This document shows positions 40,508 to 54,788 of a DNA stretch of 64,000 bases, piece after piece. Origin of the DNA: Octopus sinensis (taxonomy: Eukaryota); assembly GCF_006345805.1 (NCBI RefSeq), contig NC_043006.1, positions 83,452,001 through 83,516,000 of the forward strand. The letters run 5' to 3'. The notes under the pieces were generated by a model. It was not told where the DNA came from and did not search any database. It saw only the letters and a list, made by a program, of their open reading frames with translations. A program made the translations under genes and the position numbers. Numbering within the stretch: position 1 is the stretch's first letter; every line of letters begins with the position of its first letter.

Positions 40508-42107
40508 ATTGGAGAATTTTGTATAGGAAAACCATAGGTGGTTTAATGCAAAAAAAAAGGTTAAGCGAACTGCATCCACTATATCGGTATGGTAACAAAA
40601 TAAAACAAATTAATATGTAGATGATATGATACAGATGTTAACGAGTTGCTAAGTGATACTATCTACATATCTACACAGCTCGTTTGATACTGATTACAAA
40701 GTCGGAGTAGATAGACATCTATGTCAAAATTGTCACAACGTCCTTTTTTAAACTCAAGTAATCTATCTAGTTACAGTTTAGGAATCAATCTTTCTTTTAT
40801 CTTTTACTTGTTTCCGTCTTTGGACAGTGGCCATCCTGGGACACTGTCTTAAAGGGATTAGTCAGAGTTTTTAGCATAATTTTATCAGTTGCTAATTATG
40901 GAAGTACATACATAATATTGATTTCTATCATTGGGAACAAGGCCAAAAGAGTTTGGATACCAGTAACTTGTCAGCTACTTTATTTTATCAACTCTTTATC
41001 AACAATTAAAATCATATGACATTTTGTTCACTGCTTTATATGTTTTAAGATCCCAACCACTAGACTATACGACTTATCAAAAAATATCAGGGCTTGTTAG
41101 AGATTTGAACAAGTATTTTTGTATTATGTAACAATATACTATAATGTGCTATCACAGTATATGCTTACTTGAGACAGTAGTATAGTTAATATCTTACTGG
41201 CAGATGGACAGACAAAAAGAAAGAGTTTATTGTTTGTTATTAACGGAAATAATAGATTATATAATAAGTAGCTATGAAAACATTTCAGGAGGTAACAACT
41301 TATGAAAAGATTTAAGTTGAGGCACTTTTATCGGCTGTGGTTTCCTGTTCAATTTTGTTAGCAGCTGAAAAGGAACCATTAACAATACATACTCTGTAAA
41401 TTAATCATTCATACAGTGAGATCATAGATACATATTGAGAGGTTGTAAGTAAATCAATTTATTAATAATCAACAGCAAATTACAGCAAGCTGGTCAAAGC
41501 TTATTTTGAATGGGAACTATATGTTATGAGTGTTGTAAGCTGTGATTAAACAATCTCATGCATAATATATATATATCATCATCACATATATATATATATC
41601 ATCATCATTATCATCTAATTTCCGTTTTCCATGTTGGCGTGGGTTGGACAGCTTTATAGGAGGTAACAAACCAGAGGATTGCATCACGCTTCACTGTCTG
41701 TTTTGTCATGGTTTTTATGGCTGGACGCCCTTCCTAATGCCAAATATATACACACACACATGTACATATATGTATGTATATCTGTGTGCCCGTGTCCTTG
41801 TTTTGACATTGTATGATAGTTGCAAATGAGTGTCACTGTCACACAAGCTGTGTCATTTATTTTCAGTATTCTGCAAAACTGTGTCTGACCATGAAGAAAT
41901 ATCTCCTGGAAACAGGAGAGGATTGGTGTCAGGAAGGGTATCCAGACATAGAAAATCTGTTTCAATAAAGTTTGTCCAACTTTTATTCAAACATAGAAAA
42001 GTGGATATTAAAACAATGATGATGAGGATGATATATTTACAGATGCACTCAATATATGTGTGTGCATATGCTCTCTCATACACATGCCTACACATTATTG
42101 TTGTTGC

Positions 42108-42157
<50 letters not shown>

Positions 42158-42959
42158 GGGGCGTATAGGCTAAGAGAACTAATCAATATCCATTCCAAGA
42201 AAAAAATAATAGCTTTTATTAATTTGATTCTTAAATATATCTGTTACATTTGAAATGAAATATAAACAGCAAAAGTTAAAATAATGTTAGCTGTTCAGAA
42301 GACGAAAAAGAGTAAAAAATAAAAAAAATTTTTTTATGAATCTAAACCCATTCATTTTCTATATATAATTATGCAGTATCTCATTTTAACAATATCTAAT
42401 TTAGTTATTAGACTATTATAAGCTCCAATTTCAGAAAGAAATGCAGTACATTAATTCATAATGTAATTATGAAATCGTTATTTATAACATCAACTATAAT
42501 GGTTTCTAAGAACCAGTTCAAAAAATATTTTCATTTTGTATCCTATGTGCTACAAATAATTTGGCTGAATATTTGCTTTGAGTTTTCACATGCACATGCT
42601 CTCTCTCTCTCTCACACACATACGCATTCTCTGTCTACATTTGTTTTTGCCATGCTATCATGTATTAGATAGTTACCACTATTTGCATAAATCTGGATTA
42701 AGATTTTTTTTCTGTAGGACCCATGTCACGACAAATGCTGTGAGACTCCCAGTGATATTTTCGATAACATTTCACTTAATTTCTGAGAGACCTCTGGCTG
42801 GCAGATACCCTTGGGTTGTACTTCTTAAGGCCCATATTTTAATCTAGCACTACCTGTACATCATATTTTCTCTGATTTACTGCCTAATTAGACAAGTAGC
42901 CTGCAATGTGGCTTGCAAAGTCCATGTGTTGTTTATACATTCCATCTTGGAAGTTGTGG

Positions 42960-43265
42960 TACCAGTGCCGGTGGCACGTAAAAGAACCATCCGAATGTGG
43001 CTGTTGCCAGTGCTACCCCGACTGGCCTCCGTGCTGGTGGCACGTCAAAAGCACCAACTGATCGTGGCCATTGCCAGCCTCGCCTGGCACGTAAAAAGCA
43101 CCCACTACACTCACGGAGTGGTTGATGTTAGGAAGGGCATCCAGCTGTAGAAACACTGCCAGATCAGACTGGGCCTGGTGCAGCCTCCTGGCTTCCCAGA
43201 CACCAGTCAAACCGTCCAACCCATGCTAGCATGGAAAGCGGACATTAAACGATGATAATGATGAT
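42960..43265 (+). mobile_element. SINE/LINE-tail family C (RTE-like 3' end gttaggaagggcatccagctgtagaaac...catggaaagcggacgttaaacgatgatgat)
   Basis: High-identity copies at 3923-4164(+), 7751-8030(-) and 57143-57378(+). Older or partial copies at ~2519-2595, 8290-8440, 11640-11895, 36535-36770, 41600-41745, 41800-42030, 43640-43830, 47205-47245, 49075-49330, 52720-52990 and 58595-58720. The internal sub-repeat ggcacgt.aaaagcacc varies in copy number; (GAT)n tail. Confidence 0.85.
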
Positions 43266-44259
43266 CTTTTAGCATGATTCCTATGACTGTCATCAACCAC
43301 TTTACAGAATGTACTGAGTGTTATTCATGATGTCACTGACACTAGAGATATTGACCATTGCAAACCAGAGTAATCAGTTCTCTTTACTCTGTATCAGTTC
43401 TTCTTTATTCAGAGGTGCTGTGCTACTAGAACAATGGCCTGCTATGTAATTTTCAGAATACACATCTCATTCAAGCATTCCAAACATTCTTTGATCTTGT
43501 AAATTACAAAGCAATCTTCCTGGTGCTGAACCATGAAGAGATTTTTAAAATTGGTACACTCTTTAAGGTGGGTGGTATATTGGTAAGAGACAAAGTAAGG
43601 TCGAAAGGTCTCTTCAGTCTTTCCAGGGTGCAAGATAACCTCTCTAGTGCTGGTGCCATTAAAAGATGCACCCAGTACACTCTGTAATGGTATTGGCATT
43701 TGGAAGGGCATCAAGTCATAGAAAGGGGCAGAATCAAGACATTGAAACATGATATCATCTTCCATATCTTCAGATCATACTGAGCCCAACTTGATCAATG
43801 CTGGTACAGGAAGTGGTTGTAAGATGGTGGTGTTAACAGCAGAAGTGGTGGCTTAGAATGTATAAATGTTCTCACATTTAATTTTCTTGGTAGGAATAAT
43901 TGAGACGGTGAAGGGAGTACCTTGCCATAAGTTTGTTGTTTCTGTAATCTTTATTCAAACCTTTGGTTATCAACTTTGCAGCTTTATTTTCCCATATCAA
44001 TAAAATAAGTATTGATAATATACAGAGTTTATTGATAGTATACTAATAATAATATATAAATTGGTTACTTCTATTCTCTTCCTTACAAAGAATTGTATTG
44101 AATCAAAAGAAATCAATATTAAAATATATATCCTGGCTGTGCAGTATTTTAAAAGGCTATAATTAAATAGTCTTGTTATTGATCTTTGAATATTATCCCC
44201 TTTAATGGTGAAATAAATTAAGGGACAATTTCATTGAGGTCTTGACCCCCAAATTTTAA

Positions 44260-44476
44260 GCCTTTTGTTACCATATTCATATTGAAATGCATCGCTTTTG
44301 TTTCATTTGCTTTTGAAAATACTGAAAAATTTAGTAAAATAACTTTCTCATTACTAAGTTGATGTTTGGAAAATAAATTAACATGAAATTTTTAATGAAG
44401 ATTTTAATTTAGATTACTTTAAAGCAAGAAGTATGTTTTATAGAACCAGGTCTCAAATAAATTGGTATTAAAAGGG
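44260..44476. mobile_element. TTAA-type MITE
   Basis: TTAA|gccttttgttacca...tggtattaaaaggg|TTAA; shared interior ttgaaaata..gaa..atttagtaaaataacttt. Confidence 0.75.
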
Positions 44477-44546
44477 TTAAATTAATTACTTTGTTAAATA
44501 TGCAATTCAGATTTACTTTGGATAAAAAGATATAGGTGTGGCTTAT

Positions 44547-45137
44547 AGGAGCAGATATGGTTGTGTGGTAAGAACTTTGCTTCCCAACTACATGGTTTCA
44601 GATTCAGTCCCACTGTGTGGCACCTTGAGCAAATGTCTTCTGCAAGGGCTTTGTGCTTACCAAAGCCTTGTGAGTGGATTTGGTGGATGGAAATTGAAAG
44701 AAGCCCATCTTTATATATATATATATATAGGGAGAGTTTACGAAAAAAACAAAAGACGGAGACAAGTGGTGTACAAAACAAACAGATGTATTAGTATAAC
44801 GCTCAGGAACAGAAAAAGTCTTTTACGTTTTGAGCCTACGCTCTTCTACAGAAAGGGGCACAGAAAAAACAAGGAGAGAAAAAAAATATATGTATACATG
44901 TGTGTGTGTCTTTGTGTCTGTGCTTACCCCCCACCATCACTTGACAACTGGTGTTGGTGTGTTTACATCCCTGTAATTTAGCAGTTCAGCAAAAGTCACT
45001 GATAGAATAAGTACTAAGCTTTAAAAACAAAAAAAAAAAAAGTTCTGGGGTCGATTCATTCAACTAAGTTTTTTCAAGGCAATGCCCCAGCATGGTCACG
45101 GTTACAGTCTAACAACTGAAACAAGTAAACAATAAAA
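44547..45137 (+). mobile_element. SINE family A copy carrying a family D insertion in its internal (TA)n
   Basis: Family A halves 44547-44728 and 44887-45137 flank an unrelated ~157-bp insert. Confidence 0.85.
44729..44886 (-). mobile_element. Family D short repeat with Penelope-like hammerhead relic
   Basis: Homologous to ~59070-59230 (same strand) and ~61440-61560 (+). Shared motif ...CTC/CCC-GAAAYGTWAA(A)GACTTT. Confidence 0.6.
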
Positions 45138-46387
45138 CATATACACCTATCTCTTAAACAGTTTATGTTTCAAAGTGTTTTGTTGAGAGTAATAACAAGT
45201 ACAAAATATTTGAATTGCAGTGGGTGGAAACCTTGGTATTTTGTAACAACAGACTTTGAAAAATGTTATCTCTCCTTCGTCTCCGTGATATCATACACCT
45301 ATTGACATTGTAATCATTGTTATATAATGTAGGTATATTACCGGGTGTGTTTTGTGATTACTAGTTACTAGTTGCAGTCTTTTTATTGTAAAAGAACTGA
45401 TTTTCAAAATATCATAGGCCTTAAGTTTTTTAAAATTAAAACTAGCAGGTCCTTTTTTCTGTGTGTATGTAATAGTTCGTAGACCATTAAAAACAAACCA
45501 AACAGAAATTAGGCATTTAAGAGAAATCTGTTACAAAGCTCATTCACTCACTCAGTTCCTCTTTCTCCCCCCTCTCTCTCTCTCGTCTCTGTGATGATAG
45601 TATTAAACACAGACTGCTGCTATTATTTCTATATAATAATAACCACTATAAATGTTAGTTGATTGATTTCTCCAATCACGCTTTACACTATAGTGAGGGA
45701 GAAAGAGAATGATGCAGGATGAGTGCACATAATAGGCTTGGTGGCAGAAGGTGGAGAAGTGAGACTAAGTGACGGAGTAGTCATGGGAAGAGTTATACAC
45801 ACAATAAAGTTGTTTTATTTAATTTAAAGCTAATAGATGAAATAAGCACCACAGCCACTTTGTCCCAGGCAGAAACTGTAGGAGCTGCTCAGAGGTACTG
45901 CAGGCTCTTTTTCTGAATCCATAGCAAAGTCAGAAACTTTCCTGTAACATCAGCAGGTATCTCAGGCCATGTGCTTCACTCTAAGCCTGGATACTTCACT
46001 TGATTTGGGCAGTGAGGACTGAATTAGTCTTCACCTGCAGAAGGGTTCTACCTGCAGTCTCTTATCAACCACAGCCACCTTGGGTATTCATTTCATCATT
46101 TTGCATAAGCATCAATGCATTTGATAAAAGTATAATTATAAAAATGTACATTTATTGATATTACCCATGGTGGCAAAGGTATACTTCCAAAGTTACCTGT
46201 CATGTGATTGGTAAAACTCTTGTATATGTATAATATTTTTTTATTTTATTTCTTTTTGACAATGAATATTCTTTCTTAAAAACCAAAACAGCAAAAATCT
46301 TTATAAACTAAAACTAAGCAAAAGTGCAGTTGTTTTTTAATTGTTGCTGACTTGGCATGTTGCTAAATATCAATATATATATATATT

Positions 46388-46790
46388 AGGAGTGGCTGTG
46401 TGGTAAGTAGCTTGCTTATGAACCACATGGTTCCGGGTTCAGTCCCACTGCGTAGCACCTTGGGCAAGTGTCTTCTACTATAGCCTTGGGCTGACCAAAG
46501 CCTTGTGAGTGGATTTGGTAAATGGAAACTGAAAGAAGCCTGTCATATATATGTGTATATATATGTATGTGTGTGTGTATATGTTTGTGTGCCTGTGTTT
46601 GTCACCCCCAACATCGCTTAACAACCGATGCTGGTGTGTTCGTATCCCCATAACTTGGTGGTTCAGCAAAAGAGACTGACAGAATAAGTACTAGGCTTAC
46701 AAAAGAATAAGTCCTGGGGTCGATTTGCTCGACTAAAGGCAGTGCTGCAGCATGGCTACAGTCAAATGACTGAAACAAGTAAAAAGAGTA
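46388..46790 (+). mobile_element. SINE family A (tRNA head, CORE-like box ccttgggcaagtgtctt, internal TA/TG microsatellite, AAAAGAGT-type tail)
   Basis: Full-length copy. Homologous copies at ~2764-3132(+), 31055-31472(-), 32945-33292(+), 44547-45137(+), 35830-36410(-, degenerate) and 1-210(-, partial). 5' fragments at ~9830, 18060, 30140, 33680 and 49360. Confidence 0.88.
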
Positions 46791-49700
46791 ATAAATATAT
46801 ATATATATATATATGGTATTTTTTTAACTTTGTTTTGTTTTGTTTTTGTTTTGTTCATTTTTTTTTCCTCTATATTTGGAAGTACTATATCTGTGAACTT
46901 ATGCTACTGGCTGAACTACATGCAAACTATATGGTCATAAGTTCAAATTTTACTATAATCTTGCAAATAAGACATAGTTATTTTACACCAGTTTGCCTAA
47001 CTGACAAAAAAACAGAAAACTGTTCTATTCCTATTTCACTAATGAGTAGTTAGGAGTGATAAAGGAATCTGGTTATAACAAAAATTTCACTAACTAAAAC
47101 AACTTTATCATGCAAGATGTTGAGTTGACAAATTTTCTATTTACCGCACAACATCATATAGAGAAAAATCTACTCCATTCTATCTCATTGAAAATTCAGC
47201 CTTCATCATCATCGTTTAACGTCCGCTTTCCATGCTAGCATGGGCTTTTTTACATAATATATAGCTCAGTTCAGCTGTTCTGTAGGTAATGCTTACAATT
47301 TGATGCATATTCCAATTAAAACTTGCATTATCATTGATTTTACATAAATTTTTATGATGGTGGCATGGTTCCGACATCTCTGTGTTATTGATTTTTTTTT
47401 TCCCAACTTTGTTTTGTTTTCTTCTCTGAAATTATGCTTAACAGGACAGCATATTAACCCATAAAACCCTTGATGATTCACCACATGTCAGCATGTATTC
47501 ATTAGGTCATTTTGCACCCCCTCCCATTTCCCTTATTTCTTCCTCTCATTCATTATTTTAGTCATGAATAGAACTTCCATGTGATATACTTATCAATTAC
47601 ATCACTCAGGTCTTCAATCAAACAATCCTTTTAGCAACTTTTTACAGGATTATGTTCTCAAATTCTAATACACCTAGAACAAGCCCTATACTGGGCAGTT
47701 AGCATCAAGTAGAAAGCTAGCTACTTAACATGATATCATGCAACACAGCATAGTTGATTTGAAGGTAGTGGCAAGGATTTGTGAGTGAAGTGCTAATTTA
47801 GATCTAGAATATATAATTGATGTACTGTTTCTTTAATCCTTTCCTTTCTATATTTCTCTTGAAATACACTGCCTTTGTTTTAATTAATTTTGAAAATATT
47901 GAAGAATTCAGTTAAATAGCTTTGTCATTATCCTTCACACAGACACACATACACACATACACAAGTGATAACATAGGTGCAAAATAAGGTGGAAAAAGTA
48001 GTACTCAAATACAAAAGGTAGAATAGAATACCATTTTATTAAAGCCCCCAAATTTCTTTACTAGTCTGTATCATCACAACTGCCAGGTGAACAGTCACAT
48101 AAAACTCTGAGTAGCAGTTTTTGAAATTTTTTCAGCTTTGATAGAAGTGTGTGTGTGTGTGTATGTATGTGTGTGTGCGTGCGTGCATGCGTGCATGTTG
48201 TTGAGTTTTTATGTAGATTTTAAAGATTACTGTCTTTTTTTCCCCAACTGAACTAATTTTCTAAGGATAAAGGATTATTGTTTGGAATCTTGATAATCAT
48301 TTAGTTCTACTTAGTTATTATTTTCCGTTTTAGTTCACAATACATAATTTTTTATAATTGTAAACCAATGAATTGAAAGTAAGTCATTAATGCAGTAAAG
48401 ACTTGCATTATGAGTTTCAGGTGACAAATAACAAACTTCATGGTCATGAATTCAAACTTTTCTTAATGTTATTTTTTGTCCTTGGGCGAAGCACATGCTT
48501 ACTTCATTTTGCTTGATCAACAACCTGTTTCATTGCTACATTGCGATTAATTGGTTAGCATTAGGAAATCTATCTAGCAGTAAAAACATTAACTGTTTTG
48601 ATAACAAATAACCATGAAGACATCAAAATGTTGATGTAAAACTGGAGAATACTATATTTCAACTTTTTTCCGACAGTTTCCAAACTGGGTCCTAATGAGT
48701 TCCTGAGCTCCATAAAAAAAATTGTCAGGTTCCACAAGATAAGTTACCTCTTGATAAAATTTAATGAAAATTTATTTTATTTAAAAATGGTTAATTTCAA
48801 GAAGCATGGAATTTTTGAAGGATGTAACATCCTGACAGCTAAAACACAACATAAGTAGTTTATTCCATTCTTTGAAAATTTTGAACCTGATAAAAAAAAA
48901 AAAAATGTTTCCATAAGTCATCAGTCCTGCACTGGTTTCTGATTTAAGAATATTGTTTCATTTAAAACCTTATTAATATTTGGGTGGTGAAAGTCGTCTG
49001 TAAAATACTAAATAGTATGAGTGGGTTCTATGTTAAAGGCATCACAACAATATAAGTTTGAAAACTGTTTGTCCTCATCATCATCATTTTAATGTCCATT
49101 TTATCCCCATGCTTGTAAGGGTCAGATGGAATTTGTTGAAGCTGTCTTTCTATGGCTAGATGCCCTTTCTGTCACCAGCCCTCACCAAGGTAATATTTCC
49201 TCATAGTTGTCCATATTTTCATTGAAGATTAGAGACACTGCTAATATAACAGTGACTCTCATTTATAGTAATCACATGATGTCAACACAAGACTGGCCAC
49301 AGACACACAGCAACAGACACACAGGCACATACACATATATATGCATATATACACATATTTGACAGATTTTTTTTTCAGTTTCCATCTTCTAAATCCACTC
49401 ACAAGGCTTCTTTAGTTGGCAGCCAGGACTACAGTTGAAGTTGTCCAAGGTCTCACACAGTAGGATTGAGCCCAAAGTCATGTGGTTGGGAAACAAAGTT
49501 CTTAAGCACACACCCATTTCTCAATATTTAAAAGCTGTATAAGTCTCTCTCTCGAAAACAGTGAAATTATGTTGAAAATGAATATCCTCAAGAATATACG
49601 AAAAACAATCTGGTATCAATTAATCTGGTATTCTTCCAGAGACTCAATTAGATTATGTATTGATATTCCAATAGAGAATAAATAAAGTAAAATAAAAAAA

Positions 49701-50479
49701 AAATCTGATATAATCTATCTCTGTCAAATGAAATATATTACAGTTATTATTTTTGAAAATAACCGCCCAATCAAACAGTTGGTGTCTTGCAACTTCTCTT
49801 CCAGATGTTTGATTTGGTTAGCAGCAGTTTCTATGTACTCTTCCTGCTTTTTCCGGCTTGCCATTGAAACAAAAACAAAACTGCTTTTGTTTCTGCATGC
49901 TCTCTCTCTCTCTCTCTTTTTCTCTCTCTATGTCCAGTATGTATATTCAAAATCTGTTTCTAACAGCTGATGAATATATCAAAATAAAACGATTGGCTGT
50001 TAATATATATCAACATTTGCCCTTTTCATATAGTAACCGTTCTTTTGATGCATGTGGGTGTGTGTGGGTGTGTGTGGCTTGGCAAGCTGTTACAGTTGAC
50101 TACCATTTGAAATAGCGGCATACTAAAATATATACACATATCTGCACACATACACATACATATATATATATCCATATATACAGTAAACTATGGTGACATA
50201 CCAAAAATATACTAAAGAGGTACTGATAACGCTACTTTATTAATTAATGTTTTTGTGTCATTTTCTATATGAAATCCATAGTATTAACTTCTATTTCATG
50301 TAATCATGTCATTTTGTTTTCAACATTTACTGAATTTTTACCAACACTTTTCATTCAATCCACTTTCATCTTTTCTGAATCATTCAAATGTCTAGGGGTT
50401 TCTTTTCAAGATATATTTTAATGTTTTGTTTGTTATTGTTTTATTTATTTCATTGCTAAGAAAGTCATTAAGTGATTAT

Positions 50480-50483
50480 TATT

Positions 50484-50514
<31 letters not shown>

Positions 50515-50828
50515 TTATTATTATTATAAGGGTGGTGAGCTGACAGAATTGGTAGCACACCGGGTGAAATGTTTAGTTATTATTGTTATTATTATTATTA
50601 TTATTATTATTTATTAAGGTGGTGAGCTGGCAGAATCATTAGTGCACCGAGCGAAATGCCTACCAGCATTTCATCCGTCTGTGTGTTCTGAGTTCAAATG
50701 CTGCCACGGTTGACTTTGCCTTTCATTCTTTCAGGGTTGATGAAATAAGTATTAGTTAGGTACTGGGGTCGATATAATCAACTAGCCCCTTCCCCCAAAT
50801 TTCAGGCCTTGTACCTTTAGTAGAAGGG

Positions 50829-50875
<47 letters not shown>

Positions 50876-51125
50876 GCCGGCAAGCTAGCTGAATCATTAG
50901 CACACCTGTCAAAGTTCTTAGCAGCATTTCAACTGTATTTACATTCTGAGTTCAAATTCCACCTTTCATCCTTTCAGTACTCTTAATATAACCATGTATT
51001 CTTAATATAACCAATTAAGTACCAAATAAGTACCAGTTGAGTACTGGGATCAATGTAATTGACTTATCCCCTCCCCCAAAATTGCTAGCCTTGTGTCAAA
51101 ATTTGAGATCATTATCACTATTATA
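50480..51125 (+). mobile_element. Array of family B SINEs (one truncated head plus two near-full copies) in (TTA)n tracts
   Basis: Heads at ~50530, 50617 and 50875, each preceded by (TTA)n. Confidence 0.85.
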
Positions 51126-53179
51126 CCCAGGTGTATGAGAATTTAGCTGATGTTCAGAAGTTCTCAAAAGATTTCTTTTATACTTTGCTTTTTGTACTAT
51201 ACAAGTGATTCGACTTTTATATGTATATGTGTGTAAATGTATGTATGTAATGTATGTATGTAATGCATGTATTTAATGTGTATGTAATGTGTGTTCAATA
51301 TCTTTCATATTTATATTATTTAAAGTTGAGAAGCTAAGACCGTGGCTCAAGCTACACCAAGGCTCTTGAGTCTCAGTTTTTTTATTTTGAATAATATATA
51401 CTGTTATAGGATCTGATAATGAGGTACACAGTGCTTTTTGCAGCAACGTAGTTTCATAATTGAATTCTATTAAAATAAAATCTATCATAGATTGTGTTGC
51501 TTATGAATAATGAATGCTTGTTTAATAATTGGTTATATTAAGAATACATTAAGTTTATTTTTGTTACCATTTTTTTAATTTCTAAAGAAGAATTTTGTAG
51601 AATATCTGAGATGATGTAACCAATGAGATCAACTTAGTGCTTCACTTGTACTTCTTTCATAGACCTTTAGAAAGATAAAACATAAAGTCAACTCTGGCAG
51701 GATTTGAACTAAGAACTTAAGGCTCTGACTTGAATACTGCAGACTGTTTCCTTGGTTGTTCTATCAACAATATAATATTCTAAAACAATACAATGTGATG
51801 GGTATTGGCTAAGAGGTTACAGTTGAGTGAATACTAATTTAAAACTTATGCATATCTTATAGTTAGTAACTTGTGTATGAGCATTAGTTGTTCTTAATAT
51901 TAATATTGATTTTTTTTGTGTTATATTGTTATGCAATGCTTTTTATAGCATAAAACAGCATATTGATAGAAATAGTGGAGTATTGTTTTGGTGGGGTGTT
52001 TTTTTCATTTGTTTGCTATGAAGGAAAGGCCTGAGTTCATGGCTTTCACAGGTCCTTCAAGGTCCAATGAGAGCAATGCAGTTAAGAAATTTAAGGGTTT
52101 CATTGAATAGTTGCAAGTTGTCAGCTGCAGGGAAAACATGAGCAAAGAGAGAATGCCAGAAAGATAATGTTAAACAAAATATTATTATGATTAACATTTA
52201 CAACATGGTAATTAAAAAAAAAAAATTCAAGGAGGGGACTTTAAAACTTCAAATTCATGTCAGGTCAGTCATGAGGTTTTTATACTTTGAGACATGATCT
52301 GATTGCATACCAGGTTGCTTAGCCTACTAGAAACACCAGCCAAGTCTCCTTCAAATAACATACTACAATTTTGGGGAAAGGAAGGGACATTTTAAATAAT
52401 ATGGTCTTAGATATACTGGTAGAAAAATGAAATGGTCATGTTAGAAATGTTTTTATATTTTTTTGTTGCTCCAACTCACTCACCATATGCAATCCTTGAT
52501 CCCAGTTTACACCTCCCTGTAACTTGAGTATACCCCCATCACATCTTATGTCCATCCTCTCTCCCTGTTTCTCTCCTACACAGCCATATATCTCTTTTAT
52601 TGCAAGATGCCTATATCTGTCCTTCTTCTCCTACTGTAACCTCTCATCTGACACCTTCGTCAATACTACTGCCCCCCCCCCACCATCCCTCAACTGAAGA
52701 AGTATTGTCATGTAAATTATTCAGTGACCTCACTGCTACTGGTGTCACATAAAAAGCACCCTGTACACTTTGTAAAGTGGTTGTTGTTATGAAATGCATC
52801 CAGCCATGGAACCCATGTAAAAGTATGGTTTCTATGGCTTTGGCAGGAGCAGTTTGGTGTAGTTTTCTGACTTTCCAGCTTAATTCAAACTATTCAACAC
52901 ATACCACCATGGAAAACATATGTTAGCTGATGATGATGATGATGATTATATTAGGAAGGGCTTCCAGCCATAGAAACCATGGCAAAGCAGACAGTAGAGC
53001 TTGACACAAATTTCTAACTTTAACCTGTTAGAAAGTTCTGAGTTTAAATTCCCCCAAGGTTGACTTTACGTTTTATCCTTTCAAGGTCGATAAACTAAGT
53101 ACCAGTCAAGTACTAGGGTCAATGTGATTGATTTCTCCCTCCCCACCAAAATTCAGTCCTTGTGCCTGTAGTGGAAAGG

Positions 53180-53227
<48 letters not shown>

Positions 53228-54566
53228 CAATGAATGACAAAATTTGTGATGCATCAGATAGAATACTTAAATCATACTTGAATTCTCTTGCTGTAGTCTC
53301 AGACAAGACTTACTACTCTCCTCATCTCATTCTAGTCTTTTTTTTTTGTTCTTTTTGAGGATATCAGTTTTCTTTTTTATCACTTTATATTTGAAATGAT
53401 TTTGTAAAGAATAATAGCATTGTACTCTAAATGAGGCTTGTGCTAAAATCTGTTTTTGCAGTATTAGTGCCATTATAACTGAAGACAAACTATATATCAA
53501 ACAGAAAGGAGATATGCTATGATAGTTTAAACAATAAAATTCAGGTCAGTGAAGCCAGCAGATATCAAAAGAAATTGGTAGCTACTTCTACACAAGAGGA
53601 CCTCGTTAAAAACTGTATGAACTGAACAAATCTTTTGAGAACCGATGCTTAAATTAATACTGTGAAGTTGAGGTCAATGGTGGTCAGAAAGAAACAAAAG
53701 AAATAAAAAGAAAACGATATTAGAAGAGATGTTTTATGTTAAAATAAGAAGCACGCCTTGAACTTAGCACTGACATCAGCAACACTAAAGAGAATTAAAC
53801 TGAGGTCAGCTTTAAGTTCAAAGTCACTAAACTAATTTGGATGAATGTGTAAAATAAGGAAATCTCCACAATTTTAAATGAAGAGATGTACATGGTGAAT
53901 ATGTGTGTTTTACTTGAATACAACTTACCATTAATTTTGTTTGTGTTTTATTATTAAAATGCAGTTTTATATTTTTATTGGTCAGTTACTTTTTAAAGTT
54001 TCTTTAAAACCAATCATTGTTATTTATGGTGATATTAAGTTCTCTGAGCAATTATATATTTTTAAGCTGAGGATGAATGGTTCTTAATGTTAGATTATGC
54101 TTCTAATTTATATGACGAAAATGTGGATAACTCAGTTGGTAAGCTATTTGACAACTGGTCAGGAGGTTAATGGTTCACATCCTCTCACCAACACTGTATT
54201 GTGTCCATGACTAAGACACTTAGCTCAATGGACAAATCCCTCTAGTGCTAAATATATAATGTAACAAGCCTATGGGAGAAACTCTACAAGTCATTCAGCC
54301 TGCTCGAAATTGCAGACAAATTTCCCTTAAATGACAGACTCATATTTTTAAAAAAAGCACACATTTGATTAGGTTTATATACACTATGTCATAAAAAATA
54401 AATGAGGATCAATTATTAAAACTATGTGCCATGAGTTGTATATTTTGAAAATGCAGGTAACAGCTGCACTATAAGATCGATGAATGATTGATTAACTCTG
54501 TAATGCGAAGTTCAAATATTCCTGCTCAGTATCATATCAGAGAGAGAGAGAGAGAGACTTGCTTAA

Positions 54567-54788
54567 CCCTTTTATTGCCAAATTTTCATTAAAATACACT
54601 AACTTTGTTTCAATTAACTTTGAAAATAATGAAGTATTTAGTAAAATAACTTTATTAGTAAGCTCTAGTGTTAGGAGCAGAAATCAACATGAAGTTTTTG
54701 ATGAAAGGTTTTAATTTAAAACATTTAAAAACAGGAAGTTTATATCATAGGACAAAGGGTGGCCTCAGGTGCATTGATACCAAAACAG
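54567..54788. mobile_element. TTAA-type MITE
   Basis: TTAA|cccttttattgcca...tgataccaaaacag|TTAA; interior colinear with 44260-44476. Confidence 0.72.

Noticed and set aside
45860-46090. GC-richer island in intron 1 as a hidden exon
   Set aside because: No FHOD or other recognisable protein motif; more likely TE-derived.
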